A stretch of DNA of 64,000 nucleotides from an uncultured delta proteobacterium (GCA_963816395.1 CAWFKQ010000008.1:1-64000), one strand, 5' to 3'. Positions 11,723-22,771 are shown, counted from the stretch's first letter. Made by a program: numbers and translations. Notes: generated by a model not told the origin, from the sequence alone.

Positions 11723-14057
11723 TCAGGCTGAAATGAGGGGCCAGGGAGGGAGGGGGAGCGAATTCCAGATTCGTTCCACCAGGGCATCGGCGGTTCGCGC
11801 ATCGACTACCTGTCGGTGCGCCTGGCGCACCAGGGCCAGATGCAGCTTGTGCAGATCGGCAAGATAGCGGTCGAGCAGATCGGCAGTCAAGCGGCGGTCG
11901 GCAGGCAGGGCAACGGCATTGCGTCCGCTGAAGGAGGCGAGGAGCAGAGCGCGGGCGGTTTCGCTCCCCTCGACGGTCAGGCTTTCGCCGTCCTCTGCGT
12001 GCAGAGTGATCCGGCCGAAAAACTCCTCGCCCGCCGTCAACGGGCCGTAGAGCCAATATTCGGACAACTCCGGCCGATAGAGGTCGAAGAGGTAATGTTC
12101 CGGGAAATGCGGCAGCCCGTCGACGAAAACTGTGCTGCGGATCCGCTCCGCAAGTTCGTCTAGGGGAAGCGGGCGCCGCCGGAGGGGAATGGGTCGTTCG
12201 GGATTAGCGGTCCGCGCCGCCGCGATAATGACTTCGTCTCCCAGCCAGGGGGCCAATTCCTGGTCGAGGACCGCTGCTTGCGGCTCCCGGTCAGTCGGCC
12301 AGGGGAAATTTTGCAGGTGATGCAGAACCTCACCGGCAGGGAGGGGGATCCCCTGACGCAGGAGTTGTTTCGACAGGATACGGGAGGGAGGCAGAGGTTG
12401 CCCACCGCTGACGATCTGCCAGAGAATCCGCCCCAGGGAGGAGCGGCTGAACAGGAAAATGCCACGCTCCCGTCCCGCCGGCCAGACCGCTGGCGTCTGC
12501 AATTGGCCGTCCTCCAGAAGGGAAAAGATCCGGTCGGGCAAATCCAGGGCCAGTGCCAGCAGCGAACGAGGTTCTTCCCGCAGGCGCGCCCAAGGAATTC
12601 GCCGCTCGCCGGCCGCCCTGGGAAAGAATGGTGGTTTCGACTGCCTCTGGCCCTTTGCGCAGGTGCACCTGCAGGCCTCCTGGCCGACGCTTCAGGCTTT
12701 CGACGGTGAATAGCTCACGCAGCAGGTCGAGAACGGGAAAACCATAGGCGGCGGTCAGCCACCCGTCCGGAGTGTTCAGTGCCAGTTGCGCGCCGTCGCC
12801 GGCCAGGCCGAGCAGGTGGAGGAATTCCCAGAGCCATCGCGGTGTCTTGGGGGGAAGGGGAAAACGCCGGTTCGGCCAGGAGAGGCGCAGGCAGGCCGCC
12901 ACAGTGCGGTGCTCGGCCGCAGATGGCGGGGCGGTATTCGGGCAGAGTCCCCCGGATGCGGCCGAGCGGCCGCAGTTCACCGAGGGCAAAGAGGTCGGGC
13001 GATTGGAGCCGTGGCGGTTCGTCATGCAGGTGACGGAGTAAGGCAATGAAGGCGAGAAGGGATGGCGACCCGGTTTCGACGACTACCTCCGCCCCCGGAT
13101 ATCGGCGCTCGGGATTGATGAGCAAGGTATCTGTCGGCGCCTCGTCGCGGACGGGGGGGGGACCGCGCCTCCTAGCGACTCTCCCTCGCAAGCCAGGAGG
13201 ATTTCCAGGGTACGTCGGCCGCGGGAGCGATCTTCGCCGAAACGCAGTTGCGTCAGGCGGCGGCAGAGATGGTGCAGGCGGACCGCGCTCTCGGTGGGCA
13301 GAGGCAGCTCCCACGTAGTCATATCGAGGGGCCGACGGAGCGCTTCGGGAAGCGTATCCAGAGCGAAGCGCAGGGCACGGTCGAGTCCTGCCGGTTGAAT
13401 CCCTGGCGGAAGTTGATCCTCCAGCAGCAGCCCCAGCATGCGAAGCAGGGTGAGCGTCACCTGCTGAACGGCTGCCTGCGAAGAGGAGATTTCCGCCGCC
13501 TCCTCGTCCCGGGTTTCCCCCCGGGTCATGCGGAATGCCTCAGCTAGAAAGGGGGTGGCCGATTGCCGGGCGAGCCGACAGAGGTTGGCCAGGTAATAAG
13601 GGGAAAGCTCGGCTGGGGGGACGGAGCCGGAGACGGAGAGGTATTTGAGCTCTTCCAGAACCTTCCGGAAGATGTCGCGGAAAGCCGCCGGCGAGTTCTC
13701 TCCGGCGGGAGACAGCGGCAGGGACCGGCGGGGCTCGGCACTTTGGCCGATTTTTTCCCAAAAGGTGATTTCTCGCGGTGCCCAGGTGACGAAATGGCGC
13801 AGGCCGAGGGCCTCGGAGCAGACCAATCCAGCCGGAATATCCTCTTCTGCCGATCTGGACGGAAAGAGCAGGAGACCGCCGGCCATAAAGCTGTCCCGGT
13901 TGATCCACAAGACCAGGGGCGCAATGCTCTCACCGCTGGCGGTCAGCAGCGGGAAGAATGTCTCGGCTCGGCGGAAAGGGGAGCGACCGTCCTCGATGGC
14001 GACCTCAGCCCAGTGGCTCAGTTGATTGCAGAAGAGCTGAAGAGTTTGATCGTCCAT
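11723..14057 (-). CDS. ~780-aa hypothetical protein, degenerate Type IIG restriction-modification-like (three apparent frameshifts)
   Basis: Joined from ORFs 13083..14132, 12715..13314, 12330..13046 and 11723..12541; shifts at the G run 13153-13161, ~12940 and ~12590. Confidence 0.6.
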
Positions 14058-14222
14058 TATCTTTGCGGCGATACTGTGCCGCCGGGGAGAAAGACAAAAG
14101 ATGCCGTCTTTATGACGGCCACCGGAGTACATTCGGCAGGTCTGGAAAATTCACCCGAGGAAGTTAGCACAGGCATTTTCCCCATATCAAATGGAATCCC
14201 CGCTTCGGGGAGGGAGCCATAC

Positions 14223-14591
14223 TCATTTGGCCCGCTTCTCCGTCTCGATGACCAGTCGCTTCAGAGCCTCAAGGTCGTTGCGTAATCGGAGCAGTTCCTC
14301 CTGATCTTTCCGGCTTTTCGTGCGGCAGTCGGTCAGCCCCTGCTCCATCGCTTGCAGTTGCTTGTCGGTGCGTTGCCGGGCGGCGGACAGCCGGTTGAGG
14401 ACGCCGGCGCGCCGGGCCCAGGGACTCTGGGGAAATCTTTTTTGCAACTCCGCCAGGCTCTTCGGGTTTTTGTCGCCGGCCATCTCCTTGAGCCCCTGGT
14501 CAAAGAGGGCCTCGGCCCCATTCTGCGCCAGGTGCGGCAGGCTGCAGCCGGTGGCCAGCAGCAAAAGGAAAAGCAGCAGAATCCAGCGCAT
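14223..14591 (-). CDS. Hypothetical lipoprotein with TPR-like helices and coiled coil
   Basis: Lipobox LLATGC; FPQSPWA motif. Confidence 0.75.
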   Translation of the reverse strand: MRWILLLFLLLLATGCSLPHLAQNGAEALFDQGLKEMAGDKNPKSLAELQKRFPQSPWARRAGVLNRLSAARQRTDKQLQAMEQGLTDCRTKSRKDQEELLRLRNDLEALKRLVIETEKRAK

Positions 14592-14592
14592 G

Positions 14593-15921
14593 TCAGGATA
14601 TTTTCCGTCGGTCGATGAGGTAATTACTGCCCGGTAAAGCCTTCAGGTGCTCCTTCATGCGTACGCATTCCCGGCTGATGGCCTGCGACGACTGGGTATC
14701 GAGGCGGTTCGAGCAGACAATGGCGATGGAGATAGTCAACAAGGAAAACCGTCGCTTTTCGCCGAAGCGGTCCTGGGAGATGAAAAAACCGGCCCTACGA
14801 TCCCCCTCGGAATAGAAATCCGGCACAATTCGGTCAAAGGCCTCGATGATTCCCTGGGCCAGTTCCTCTCCCCGCTCCAGGGTGGTCAATACCACGAAAT
14901 CATCGCCGCCGATATGTCCCACCAGATCGTCGGCAGTACCGAAACGGTCAACCGCCTCCCGGGTCAGGCTCGCCAATCGGGCGATGACCTCACTGCCGGC
15001 CCGATAACCGTAACGGTCATTATACGCCTTGAAATGATCGAGATCGAGATAGAGGTGAGCAAATGGCTGGCCGTTTCGCAGCCGTTTCGCCATTTCCCGG
15101 TCGATGGCCAGGTTGCCGGGCAGATGGGTCAGCGGATTGGCATCCAGGCGCAGTTGCTCCAGTTCCCGCAGTTTTCGTCCCATCTCGCGGAACTCACGGG
15201 CGAGAAGACCGAACTCATCCCGCCGGCTGGCAATCGGAATCGGATGGTCGAAACTGCCGGCGGCAATTTCCTGGGTGGCCCGGGTGAGGGTTCCAACCGC
15301 CCGATGAATGCTGAAGACAATAGCGACGGCGGCCGGCGCCGAAAGGGCTATACCGAGAAAGGCGAGGAGCAGGGTGATCCGGTAGGCCCGGCCACTCTCT
15401 TCACTGAAATCGGCAAGGGCCCGATCAAGGGTTCGCTGCCGGTCGGCGGAAAAATCATCCAGGCTGTCGATCAGCGACCTGCGCAACTGCACCAGGGTTC
15501 CGGTGCAAGTTTCGGCTTCGGCCCAGCGGCCGTCCCCCAAAAACTCCTGGCAGGCGGTGGCCTTATCCCGGTAGGCGATTGCCAGGGGCGCAGTACGGGC
15601 GAGAAAGGATGTCAGGGGCAGGGTGGAGAGGGTACTCCAGCAGGTCCTTGCCTCATCCTCCCGGTGCTTGAGCAGATCGAGAAAGGCGGAATCGCGTAGA
15701 ATCAGGAATTGCTTCTCGAGATTTTCCTGAGCCAGCAGGTTCTGGCGCAAATTACGTACTTGGCCAAGTGCCCGGAAATCGACCGATATCAAACGTTCGG
15801 AGCGGGTGGTCTGGGCGTGCAGGCTGCCTAAGGCGTAGACAATCGCTACCAGGCTGAAGAAGACGATCAGCAGATAGCCGGCGGCCACCTTGCGGGCAAC
15901 TGTGAGCTGAGGAAATTGCAT
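14593..15921 (-). CDS. Membrane HAMP-GGDEF diguanylate cyclase
   Basis: Two TM, HAMP, DANPLTHLPGN, DLDHFKAYND, HIGGDDF. Confidence 0.9.
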   Translation of the reverse strand: MQFPQLTVARKVAAGYLLIVFFSLVAIVYALGSLHAQTTRSERLISVDFRALGQVRNLRQNLLAQENLEKQFLILRDSAFLDLLKHREDEARTCWSTLSTLPLTSFLARTAPLAIAYRDKATACQEFLGDGRWAEAETCTGTLVQLRRSLIDSLDDFSADRQRTLDRALADFSEESGRAYRITLLLAFLGIALSAPAAVAIVFSIHRAVGTLTRATQEIAAGSFDHPIPIASRRDEFGLLAREFREMGRKLRELEQLRLDANPLTHLPGNLAIDREMAKRLRNGQPFAHLYLDLDHFKAYNDRYGYRAGSEVIARLASLTREAVDRFGTADDLVGHIGGDDFVVLTTLERGEELAQGIIEAFDRIVPDFYSEGDRRAGFFISQDRFGEKRRFSLLTISIAIVCSNRLDTQSSQAISRECVRMKEHLKALPGSNYLIDRRKIS

Positions 15922-15942
15922 AGTCGCTGATGCTGCCTGCAA

Positions 15943-16965
15943 TCAGGAGAAGAGGTTTCCCTCATCCGCTGAATGCGGGAGACGGTTGAAATGACGATGC
16001 GCCAGAGGGGTGGCGGTCCGCCCGCGTGGAGTGCGGTTAAGGAAGCCCTGCTGAATGAGAAATGGCTCGATAACATCCTCAATAGTATCTTTTTCCTCGC
16101 CGACCGCTGCTGCCAGCGTATCCAGTCCGACCGGGCCGCCGCCGAATTTATCGATGATGGTCAGCAGGATGAGGCGATCCATCTGGTCAAAGCCTGCGCC
16201 GTCCACTTCCAGCCGGCACAGGGCATGATCCGCCACTTCCCGGCTAATGGTTCCGCTTCCCCTGACTTGGGCGAAATCCCGCACCCGGCGCAGCAGGCGG
16301 TTGGCAATTCGCGGGGTGCCGCGGCTGCGCCGGGCGATCTCCATGGCGCCGTCCGGTTCCGCCGGAATGCCAAGGATTTCGGCGCTGCGTCGGACGATGG
16401 TGACCAAATCCTGCGGGGTGTAGAATTCGAGCCGACAGATCACCCCGAAACGGTCGCGCAAGGGGGAGGAGAGAAGACCGGCGCGGGTAGTCGCGCCGAC
16501 CAGGGTGAAACGGGGAATATCCAGTTTGATGGTGCGGGCTGAAGGCCCCTGGCCGATGATGATATCGATCTGATAATCCTCCATGGCCGGATAAAGGATC
16601 TCTTCCACGACCGCCGAGAGGCGGTGAATCTCATCGATGAACAGTACGTCACCGGCCTCCAGGTTAGTCAGAATGGCTGCCAGGTCTCCCGGTTTCTCGA
16701 TTACCGGCCCGGAAGTGCTTTTGATACTCACCTGCATCTCGTTGGCGATGATGTTGGCCAGGGTGGTTTTCCCCAGCCCAGGCGGTCCATAGAACAGAAC
16801 ATGGTCGAGAGCCTCATCGCGCTGGCGGGCGGCGCCGATGAACACCTGCAGGTTTTCCTTGACCTTGGCCTGGCCGACATATTCCTGGAGAACGCGCGGA
16901 CGCAGGCTGGTTTCGATCCGGGCGTCGTCATCAATGGGAGTGGCGGAAATCATCCGGTCGGTCAT
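15943..16965 (-). CDS. ruvB: Holliday junction helicase RuvB
   Basis: [29 protein letters not shown]. Confidence 0.98.
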   Translation of the reverse strand: MTDRMISATPIDDDARIETSLRPRVLQEYVGQAKVKENLQVFIGAARQRDEALDHVLFYGPPGLGKTTLANIIANEMQVSIKSTSGPVIEKPGDLAAILTNLEAGDVLFIDEIHRLSAVVEEILYPAMEDYQIDIIIGQGPSARTIKLDIPRFTLVGATTRAGLLSSPLRDRFGVICRLEFYTPQDLVTIVRRSAEILGIPAEPDGAMEIARRSRGTPRIANRLLRRVRDFAQVRGSGTISREVADHALCRLEVDGAGFDQMDRLILLTIIDKFGGGPVGLDTLAAAVGEEKDTIEDVIEPFLIQQGFLNRTPRGRTATPLAHRHFNRLPHSADEGNLFS

Positions 16966-17020
16966 GTTGTCCAGGCTCGCAAGGGGTTAATCACTGGTGG
17001 GAAAAGTTGGCCCGGGAGAA

Positions 17021-17617
17021 TCACTTGGCAAGCACTTTCAAAGCGCCCTTGAGAATTTCTTCCATCGGAGTTTCGGCACCGATTTCCATCGATTCGAGGA
17101 CCTTTTTGGCCTGGGTTTCCTTATACCCCAAGTTGACCAGGGCGGAGAATGCATCGTCCAGGGGACTCGTCGAAGCTTCCCTGCCGGCGGCCGGAACCGC
17201 CAAGGGGGATCCGCCCAGCCGTTTCACCTTTTCCCGCAGTTCCAGGATAAGGCGCTCGGCTGTCTTTTTGCCAATTCCGGGGGCGGCGGAAAGGCGTGCC
17301 AGGTTGCTTTCCCCGAGGGCGGCTTTGAGATCCAGCGTGGGGATGTTGGACAGGATGTTCAGTGCCAGACGCGGGCCGATGCCGGAGACTGAGATGAGCA
17401 ATCCGAACATTTCCTTCTCTTCCGCCGCCAGAAAACCGTAGAGATGGATGGCGTCTTCCTTGACGTGGGTATGGACGTACAGGCGAACTTCCCCCTCGTC
17501 CGGCAGAGCGTAGAAGGTGGACAGCGGAATAAGCAGCCGGTAGCCGACACCGCCGACATCGAGAATCAGGTGATCGATTGAACGATAGGCAATTTTACCG
17601 GTCAGCAGGGCGATCAT
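17021..17617 (-). CDS. ruvA: Holliday junction DNA-binding protein RuvA
   Basis: DVGGVGY, SGIGPRLAL, PGIGKKTAERL, ALVNLGY. Confidence 0.97.
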   Translation of the reverse strand: MIALLTGKIAYRSIDHLILDVGGVGYRLLIPLSTFYALPDEGEVRLYVHTHVKEDAIHLYGFLAAEEKEMFGLLISVSGIGPRLALNILSNIPTLDLKAALGESNLARLSAAPGIGKKTAERLILELREKVKRLGGSPLAVPAAGREASTSPLDDAFSALVNLGYKETQAKKVLESMEIGAETPMEEILKGALKVLAK

Positions 17618-17657
17618 AGAATCCAGGAATCAGGAGTGACAAAAACCGGAAACTCGA

Positions 17658-18167
17658 CTAGCCTTTCCGGCCGCCCCCGGCATTCCTCAGGCGATCGGAA
17701 AGGTTATGGCTGTGCGCGTGGCAAATGGCCACGGCCAGGGCATCCGAGGCGTCTTCCTGGGCCACTTCCGGCAGGCCCATCAGTATCCGCACCATCTGCT
17801 GGACCTGGGTTTTTTCCGCCCGGCCGTAGCCGACCACAGCGTTTTTTACCTGCAGGGCGGAGTACTCGAAGACCGGCAGGTGGGCGTTGACTCCTGCCAG
17901 CAGTGCCGCTCCTCTGGCGTGCCCGAGTTTGAGGGCGGAAAGGGCGTTTTTCGCGACAAAAATCTGTTCCACCGCCACCGCCTGGGGAGCATAGCTGTCG
18001 ATGATCCGGGAGAGCGCATCATGGATGGTTTTCAGCCGCCGGGCGAGATCCTCGCTGCTGCGGGTGCAGATGGCGCCGTTATCCACATGAATCAGGCGGT
18101 TGCCCTGCTTTTCGATGATGCCGTAACCGGTAATCCCGGTACCGGGATCGATGCCTAGAATTCGCAT
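17658..18167 (-). CDS. ruvC: Crossover junction endonuclease RuvC
   Basis: [26 protein letters not shown]. Confidence 0.97.
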   Translation of the reverse strand: MRILGIDPGTGITGYGIIEKQGNRLIHVDNGAICTRSSEDLARRLKTIHDALSRIIDSYAPQAVAVEQIFVAKNALSALKLGHARGAALLAGVNAHLPVFEYSALQVKNAVVGYGRAEKTQVQQMVRILMGLPEVAQEDASDALAVAICHAHSHNLSDRLRNAGGGRKG

Positions 18168-18174
18168 GAATGCG

Positions 18175-18257
18175 GGCAAGAGGCAAGAGGCAAGAGGCTG
18201 GAGGTAAAAGCACCAAAATCGGACGTCTCTGGCCCCTGGCCTCCGGCCTCTTGCCTG
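18175..18257. repeat. Inverted heptanucleotide repeat arrays
   Basis: (GGCAAGA)3-GGCTGGA, then complementary TCTCTGG-CCCCTGG-CCTCCGG-CCTCTTG-CC. Confidence 0.75.
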
Positions 18258-18260
18258 CTA

Positions 18261-19007
18261 TTATCCCATGGCATTCTCGATCTCCTCCTCGGAGATGTCG
18301 AAATTGGCGTAGACGTTCTGGACGTCGTCGCAATCCTCCAGTTTATCCATCAATCTGAGCATCTGCTCAGCCTGTTTCCCCTCCAGTTGCACCATGGTCT
18401 GCGGCAGCATGGTAATTTCCGCCGTCTCCCACTTCAGCCCCTTGGCCCCGAGGGCCTCGCGGACTTGCATGAAGTCGCCAGGGTCAGTGATGACCTCAAG
18501 GGCATCACCTTCATCCTTGACGTCTTCTGCCCCAGCTTCCAGCGCGGCCTCGAAGATGACGTCGAAATCCGTTTCGGGGGGGAAGGAGATCAGGCCCTTG
18601 CGATCGAAGAGAAAGGAGACGGAACCGCTCACCCCCAGGCTGCCGCCGTGTTTGCTGAAAATATGTCGCACGTCGGCTACGGTCCGCGTGCGGTTGTCGG
18701 TCATGAACTCGACGATTATCGCAACCCCCCCCGGGCCGTAGCCTTCGAAGGTGCCTTCTTCGTAATTGACGCCTTCGAGATCGCCGGTTCCCTTCTTGAT
18801 CGCCCGATCGATGGTATCCTTCGGCATGTTTTCGTTCTTGGCTTTATCGATCGCGGTTCGCAGACGCGGATTCCCTTCGGGATCGCCCCCGCCGATTTTT
18901 GCCGCAATGGTAATTTCCTTGATCAGCTTGGTGAATACTTTGCCGCGCTTGGCATCCTGAGCGCCTTTGCGGTGCTTGATGTTGGCCCATTTGCTATGTC
19001 CTGACAC
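18261..19007 (-). CDS. yebC: YebC/PmpR family protein
   Basis: [34 protein letters not shown]. Confidence 0.97.
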   Translation of the reverse strand: MSGHSKWANIKHRKGAQDAKRGKVFTKLIKEITIAAKIGGGDPEGNPRLRTAIDKAKNENMPKDTIDRAIKKGTGDLEGVNYEEGTFEGYGPGGVAIIVEFMTDNRTRTVADVRHIFSKHGGSLGVSGSVSFLFDRKGLISFPPETDFDVIFEAALEAGAEDVKDEGDALEVITDPGDFMQVREALGAKGLKWETAEITMLPQTMVQLEGKQAEQMLRLMDKLEDCDDVQNVYANFDISEEEIENAMG

Positions 19008-19120
19008 GAAACGCTCCTTATTCCTATGGTGTTTCCCGCGTCCCGGGAAGGCGACTCATAATATCATGAAAAATTCGGAAGCAACAGGGGCGTTGCCCCC
19101 ACCGACCGCCGTGGAAAAGG

Positions 19121-19146
19121 AAAAAGCCGGCCGTCAGGCCGGCTTT
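19121..19146 (-). terminator. Intrinsic terminator
   Basis: AAAAAGCCGGCC-GTCA-GGCCGGCTTT. Confidence 0.7.
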
Positions 19147-19169
19147 CGGAGGGCCCGCCGGGGAAAGGG

Positions 19170-19997
19170 TCAATGTTCGTTCGGATAGGTGCGGTAATCG
19201 ACCGTCTTCATCTGGTCATGTACCTGCCTGACCCCCTTGGCGCTGCTGGCGGCGGCCAGCACGGATTGGCGTTCCGGTTCGCTGTGGATGTGGCCGGCGA
19301 GGGTGACCAGTCCGTCCTGGACCTGGATGGTGACATGGTGACCATCGACCTTCTCGAGGCTGAGGACGGCGATTTCGACCCGTTTGCGAATGATGAGGTC
19401 GGAAAGGGTCTTTTTCGAGGTTCCTTTCATCTCGGTCAGGTTCTTGTCTTTCACCCCATCGCAGATCAGTTTGACTGCGGTCTCCTCTGAAAGGTGCAGG
19501 GTGTTGATTACCAGGTCGTAGCCGAGGGGATCGGTCCAGTCCCGGTCGAAATAGTACTTGATGAAGCCGGCCCGCTGCTGGTCGCTTTTGCGTACAAGGA
19601 CTCGTGCCAGATCGGGGTCGAGCCATTCCCGCTCGGCCCAGCGTTCCACCCGGTCCTCAAAAGGGGCGATGACGCGAACCCGCAAGACGCTTTCGATGTC
19701 TTTCAGCAGGTCCTGCCCGCCGCGTCCATAAATGATGACGTTTCCTTGGAGGGCGTATTCCAGAACGATCAAATCGATCAGATAAAGATCGACGGCAACC
19801 TGCTCATCCAGCTTTTCGACGAAAGGAGGGGGCTTTTCATCCGCCTTCTCCAGGGCTTCCAGCGTCAGGCCGTATTCGTGGGCGACTTTGGCGATTGCTT
19901 CGCCGTCCACCAGTGTATAGCCGAGCTTCTCGGCCGCTTTATGGGAGATGGGGATACCCCCGCTACCCATTTCGCGCGAGATCGTGATGATGGCCAT
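19170..19997 (-). CDS. Cytidylate kinase-like protein with C-terminal BON domain
   Basis: IITISREMGSGG, GRGG, YDLVINT; BON-like VQDGLVTLAG...GVRQVHDQM. Confidence 0.85.
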   Translation of the reverse strand: MAIITISREMGSGGIPISHKAAEKLGYTLVDGEAIAKVAHEYGLTLEALEKADEKPPPFVEKLDEQVAVDLYLIDLIVLEYALQGNVIIYGRGGQDLLKDIESVLRVRVIAPFEDRVERWAEREWLDPDLARVLVRKSDQQRAGFIKYYFDRDWTDPLGYDLVINTLHLSEETAVKLICDGVKDKNLTEMKGTSKKTLSDLIIRKRVEIAVLSLEKVDGHHVTIQVQDGLVTLAGHIHSEPERQSVLAAASSAKGVRQVHDQMKTVDYRTYPNEH

Positions 19998-20108
19998 TGC
20001 ACTCCCCTTTCGCGACGGAATCTATGCGTAAACGCTACGGATATTATCAATGGAAGATGGCTTTTGACAAGGATAAAAATGTCCGGCGGAAAAAGGGCCG
20101 CCGGAGAA

Positions 20109-21062
20109 TCAATAAATCGGCTTGAAATTGAAATGGTGCTGCGCCTGAATGAAGCGGATCGTCCGACTGCGCGAGCGCATGACGATGGAATGGGTCTCGG
20201 CGCCGCCGGAGAAATAACGCACGCCGTTCAGCAATTCACCATTGGTGACCCCGGTGGCGGCGAAGAAGACATCTCCACGCGCCATTTCCTCGGCGGTATA
20301 GACCCGGTCGAAATTATCGATTCCCATGCCGCGCGCCCTCTCTCGCTCCTGCTGAGAGGTAAATACCAGCCTTCCCTGCATATCCCCCCCCATGCACTTG
20401 AGGGCGGCGGCCGCCAGCACTCCCTCGGGGGCACCACCAATGCCGAGCAGCAGGTCGACCCCGCTTCCTTCGACGGCGGCGGCAACCGCTGGCGCCACAT
20501 CGCCGTCCGGGATCAGGTGGATGCGGGCACCCGCCTGACGGATCTCGGCGATTATCTTCTCGTGGCGAGGACGGTCGAGGACAACCACCGTGAGGTCTTC
20601 GATATAACAGGCCTTGGCCTCGGCGATACGCCGCAGGTTCTCGGTCGGCGAAGCATCGATATCGATGGCGCCCTTGGCTGAGGGACCGACGGCGATCTTC
20701 GCCATGTACATGTCCGGGGCGTGCAGAAAGCCGCCCCGTGGGGCAAGGGCGATGGTGGCGATGGAGCCGTTCATCCCCTTGGCGCAGATGCTGGTGCCCT
20801 CGAGGGGGTCGACGGCAATATCCACCTCCGGGGGGGAACCCTTGCCCACCTGCTCACCGATATAGAGCATCGGGGCCTCATCCATTTCCCCCTCGCCGAT
20901 GACCACCGTACCGCTGATTCCGACCGATTCGAGGGCGCGGCGCATGGCATCGGTGGCCGCCTCGTCGGCCGCCATCTTGTCCCCCTTGCCCACCCATCTT
21001 CCGCATGCCAGGGCTGCGGCTTCGGTGACCCTTACCAGTTCGAGAGCCAGGTTGCGATCCAT
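20109..21062 (-). CDS. glpX: Class II fructose-1,6-bisphosphatase
   Basis: VRVTEAAA, VIGEGEMDEAPML, DPLEGT, GIGGAPEGV. Confidence 0.97.
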   Translation of the reverse strand: MDRNLALELVRVTEAAALACGRWVGKGDKMAADEAATDAMRRALESVGISGTVVIGEGEMDEAPMLYIGEQVGKGSPPEVDIAVDPLEGTSICAKGMNGSIATIALAPRGGFLHAPDMYMAKIAVGPSAKGAIDIDASPTENLRRIAEAKACYIEDLTVVVLDRPRHEKIIAEIRQAGARIHLIPDGDVAPAVAAAVEGSGVDLLLGIGGAPEGVLAAAALKCMGGDMQGRLVFTSQQERERARGMGIDNFDRVYTAEEMARGDVFFAATGVTNGELLNGVRYFSGGAETHSIVMRSRSRTIRFIQAQHHFNFKPIY

Positions 21063-21176
21063 TAAAATCCTCCTTGCCGATGCGGCATTAATCTGGCCGC
21101 ACACTATGCCACGGTGCCGTAACTAAGGCAAGATTTTGCAGTGGAACGGCTGGCAGCAATCGCTTAGAATGGCATT

Positions 21177-21939
21177 ATGAACAAACCCTTCATCTGGGCG
21201 CATCGGGGTGCTTCGGCGGTGGCGCCGGAGAATACCATGGCGGCCTTTCGGGCGGCGGAAGCGGCGGGCGCCGACGGCATTGAGCTGGATGTGCATCTGA
21301 GCCGCGACGGCGTACCGGTGGTGATCCACGACGAAACCATTGACCGCACAACGGATGGCCGGGGAGCGGTTCGCCGGATGAGCACAGGTGAGCTTCGGCG
21401 CCTCGATGCCGGCGGGTGGTTTGCCGCCGAATTCGCCGGCGAGCGGCTGCCGGAACTGGCCGAGGTCCTGTCCTGGGCCGGCGACCGACAGCGTTTGAAC
21501 GTGGAGATCAAGGGCGCTGATGCCGGAATTGCCGTTTTGCGGCAGTTGCGCGACTTCCCGCAGGCGCGGGTCCTGATATCCTCCTTCGATCACCGACTGC
21601 TGCAGGAACTTCGCCGGTTGGACTCCAGCTCTTCCCCTGGGTTTTCTCGTCGAGCGCTTTTTCTGGCGAGGGATTCTTTCGGCGGCGGTTGCCTGCCGGG
21701 CGGAAAGCCTGCATCCTCGCCTTGACCTGGTTTCCCGTCCGTTGCTGACTGCCTGTCGGGAAAGGGGGTTGGCGGTTTATCCGTGGACGGTCGATGCCGC
21801 CCATGAGCTGAGACGCGTGTGGCGCCTGGGAGTGGACGGGGTCTTCACCAATCGTCCTGCCGCTTTGCGACAGATGCTGCAACTATCCGAAAGAAAAGAG
21901 AAATCTACCCAGCTTTCTTTACATCGGAAGTCCCCGTGA
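21177..21939 (+). CDS. Glycerophosphodiester phosphodiesterase (frameshift ~21630)
   Basis: AHRGAS, PENT, ELDV, HD, EIK; C-terminal WTVD...GVDGVFTNRP in a second frame. Confidence 0.88.
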
Positions 21940-21997
21940 TAAAATTCCTTAGAACGACATCCTGCCGGTCCTGGTCGACCCGGAAAAGGAGTTTCGC

Positions 21998-22645
21998 TTG
22001 GTTCTAGCTGATCCGCAGCAGATCCGCTCCATTGTCTTCGATCTCGATGGAACCTTATACATCAGCCCGCCGTTGGCAAAGCAGATCCAGTCGGCTGCCG
22101 AGACGCTGGTGGCGAGCACCCGGGGGATTTCCAAGGAGGAAGGTAGAAACCTTCTACGTTGCGCCCGCCGTCGGCTGAGTGAGATTTACGAGGAGGAGCC
22201 GACGCTCACCCGTACTCTCCTGGAGATGGGGATCGACATCGGCGATTTTCATCGGGCGATGCAGGAGACGGTCCATCCCGAGCGCTTCCTCGGCAACGAC
22301 CCGATCCTTTATGCCCTTCTTGATTCCCTGCGTGATTTCTGCGATCTTTTCATCTATACCAACAATAATCTGCTCCTGACCAGAAAGATCCTGGCGCTGC
22401 TTGGTGTGGAGGATCTCTTCGACCGTCTCTACACCATCGAATTCGGCTGGACGCCCAAGCCCGATTCGGAAACCCTCCAGCGAATTCTGGAGGATATCGG
22501 CGGGCCGCCAGGAAGCTTTCTCTTTGTCGGCGACCGGCAGCAGGTTGATTTGAAGCTCGCCGGATCTCTCGGTATCCCCACCCTCCTGCTCAGTGAGACC
22601 TCCGACCTGCTGCAGATTCACAAGATGCTCGGACTCGTACCTTGA
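21998..22645 (+). CDS. HAD-superfamily hydrolase
   Basis: FDLDGTLY, TNN, KP, VGD motifs; AGGAG RBS before the TTG start. Confidence 0.88.
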   Translation: MVLADPQQIRSIVFDLDGTLYISPPLAKQIQSAAETLVASTRGISKEEGRNLLRCARRRLSEIYEEEPTLTRTLLEMGIDIGDFHRAMQETVHPERFLGNDPILYALLDSLRDFCDLFIYTNNNLLLTRKILALLGVEDLFDRLYTIEFGWTPKPDSETLQRILEDIGGPPGSFLFVGDRQQVDLKLAGSLGIPTLLLSETSDLLQIHKMLGLVP

Positions 22646-22771
22646 AACTAGGGAAATAGGAAGTCTCCTGATCCCTTCGCGCTATCTCCCTCCTGACAAA
22701 CCCTCCTGACAAGCCTTGTCATCTATCGCCGGGTGAAGTAGAATCGCTATTTTTGTGAGAAAGGAACGGGC

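Noticed and set aside
22688..22721. Direct repeat CCCTCCTGACAA x2 plus TGACAAG-C-CTTGTCA dyad
   Set aside because: Only two short copies and no adjacent mobile element; a possible operator but unsupported
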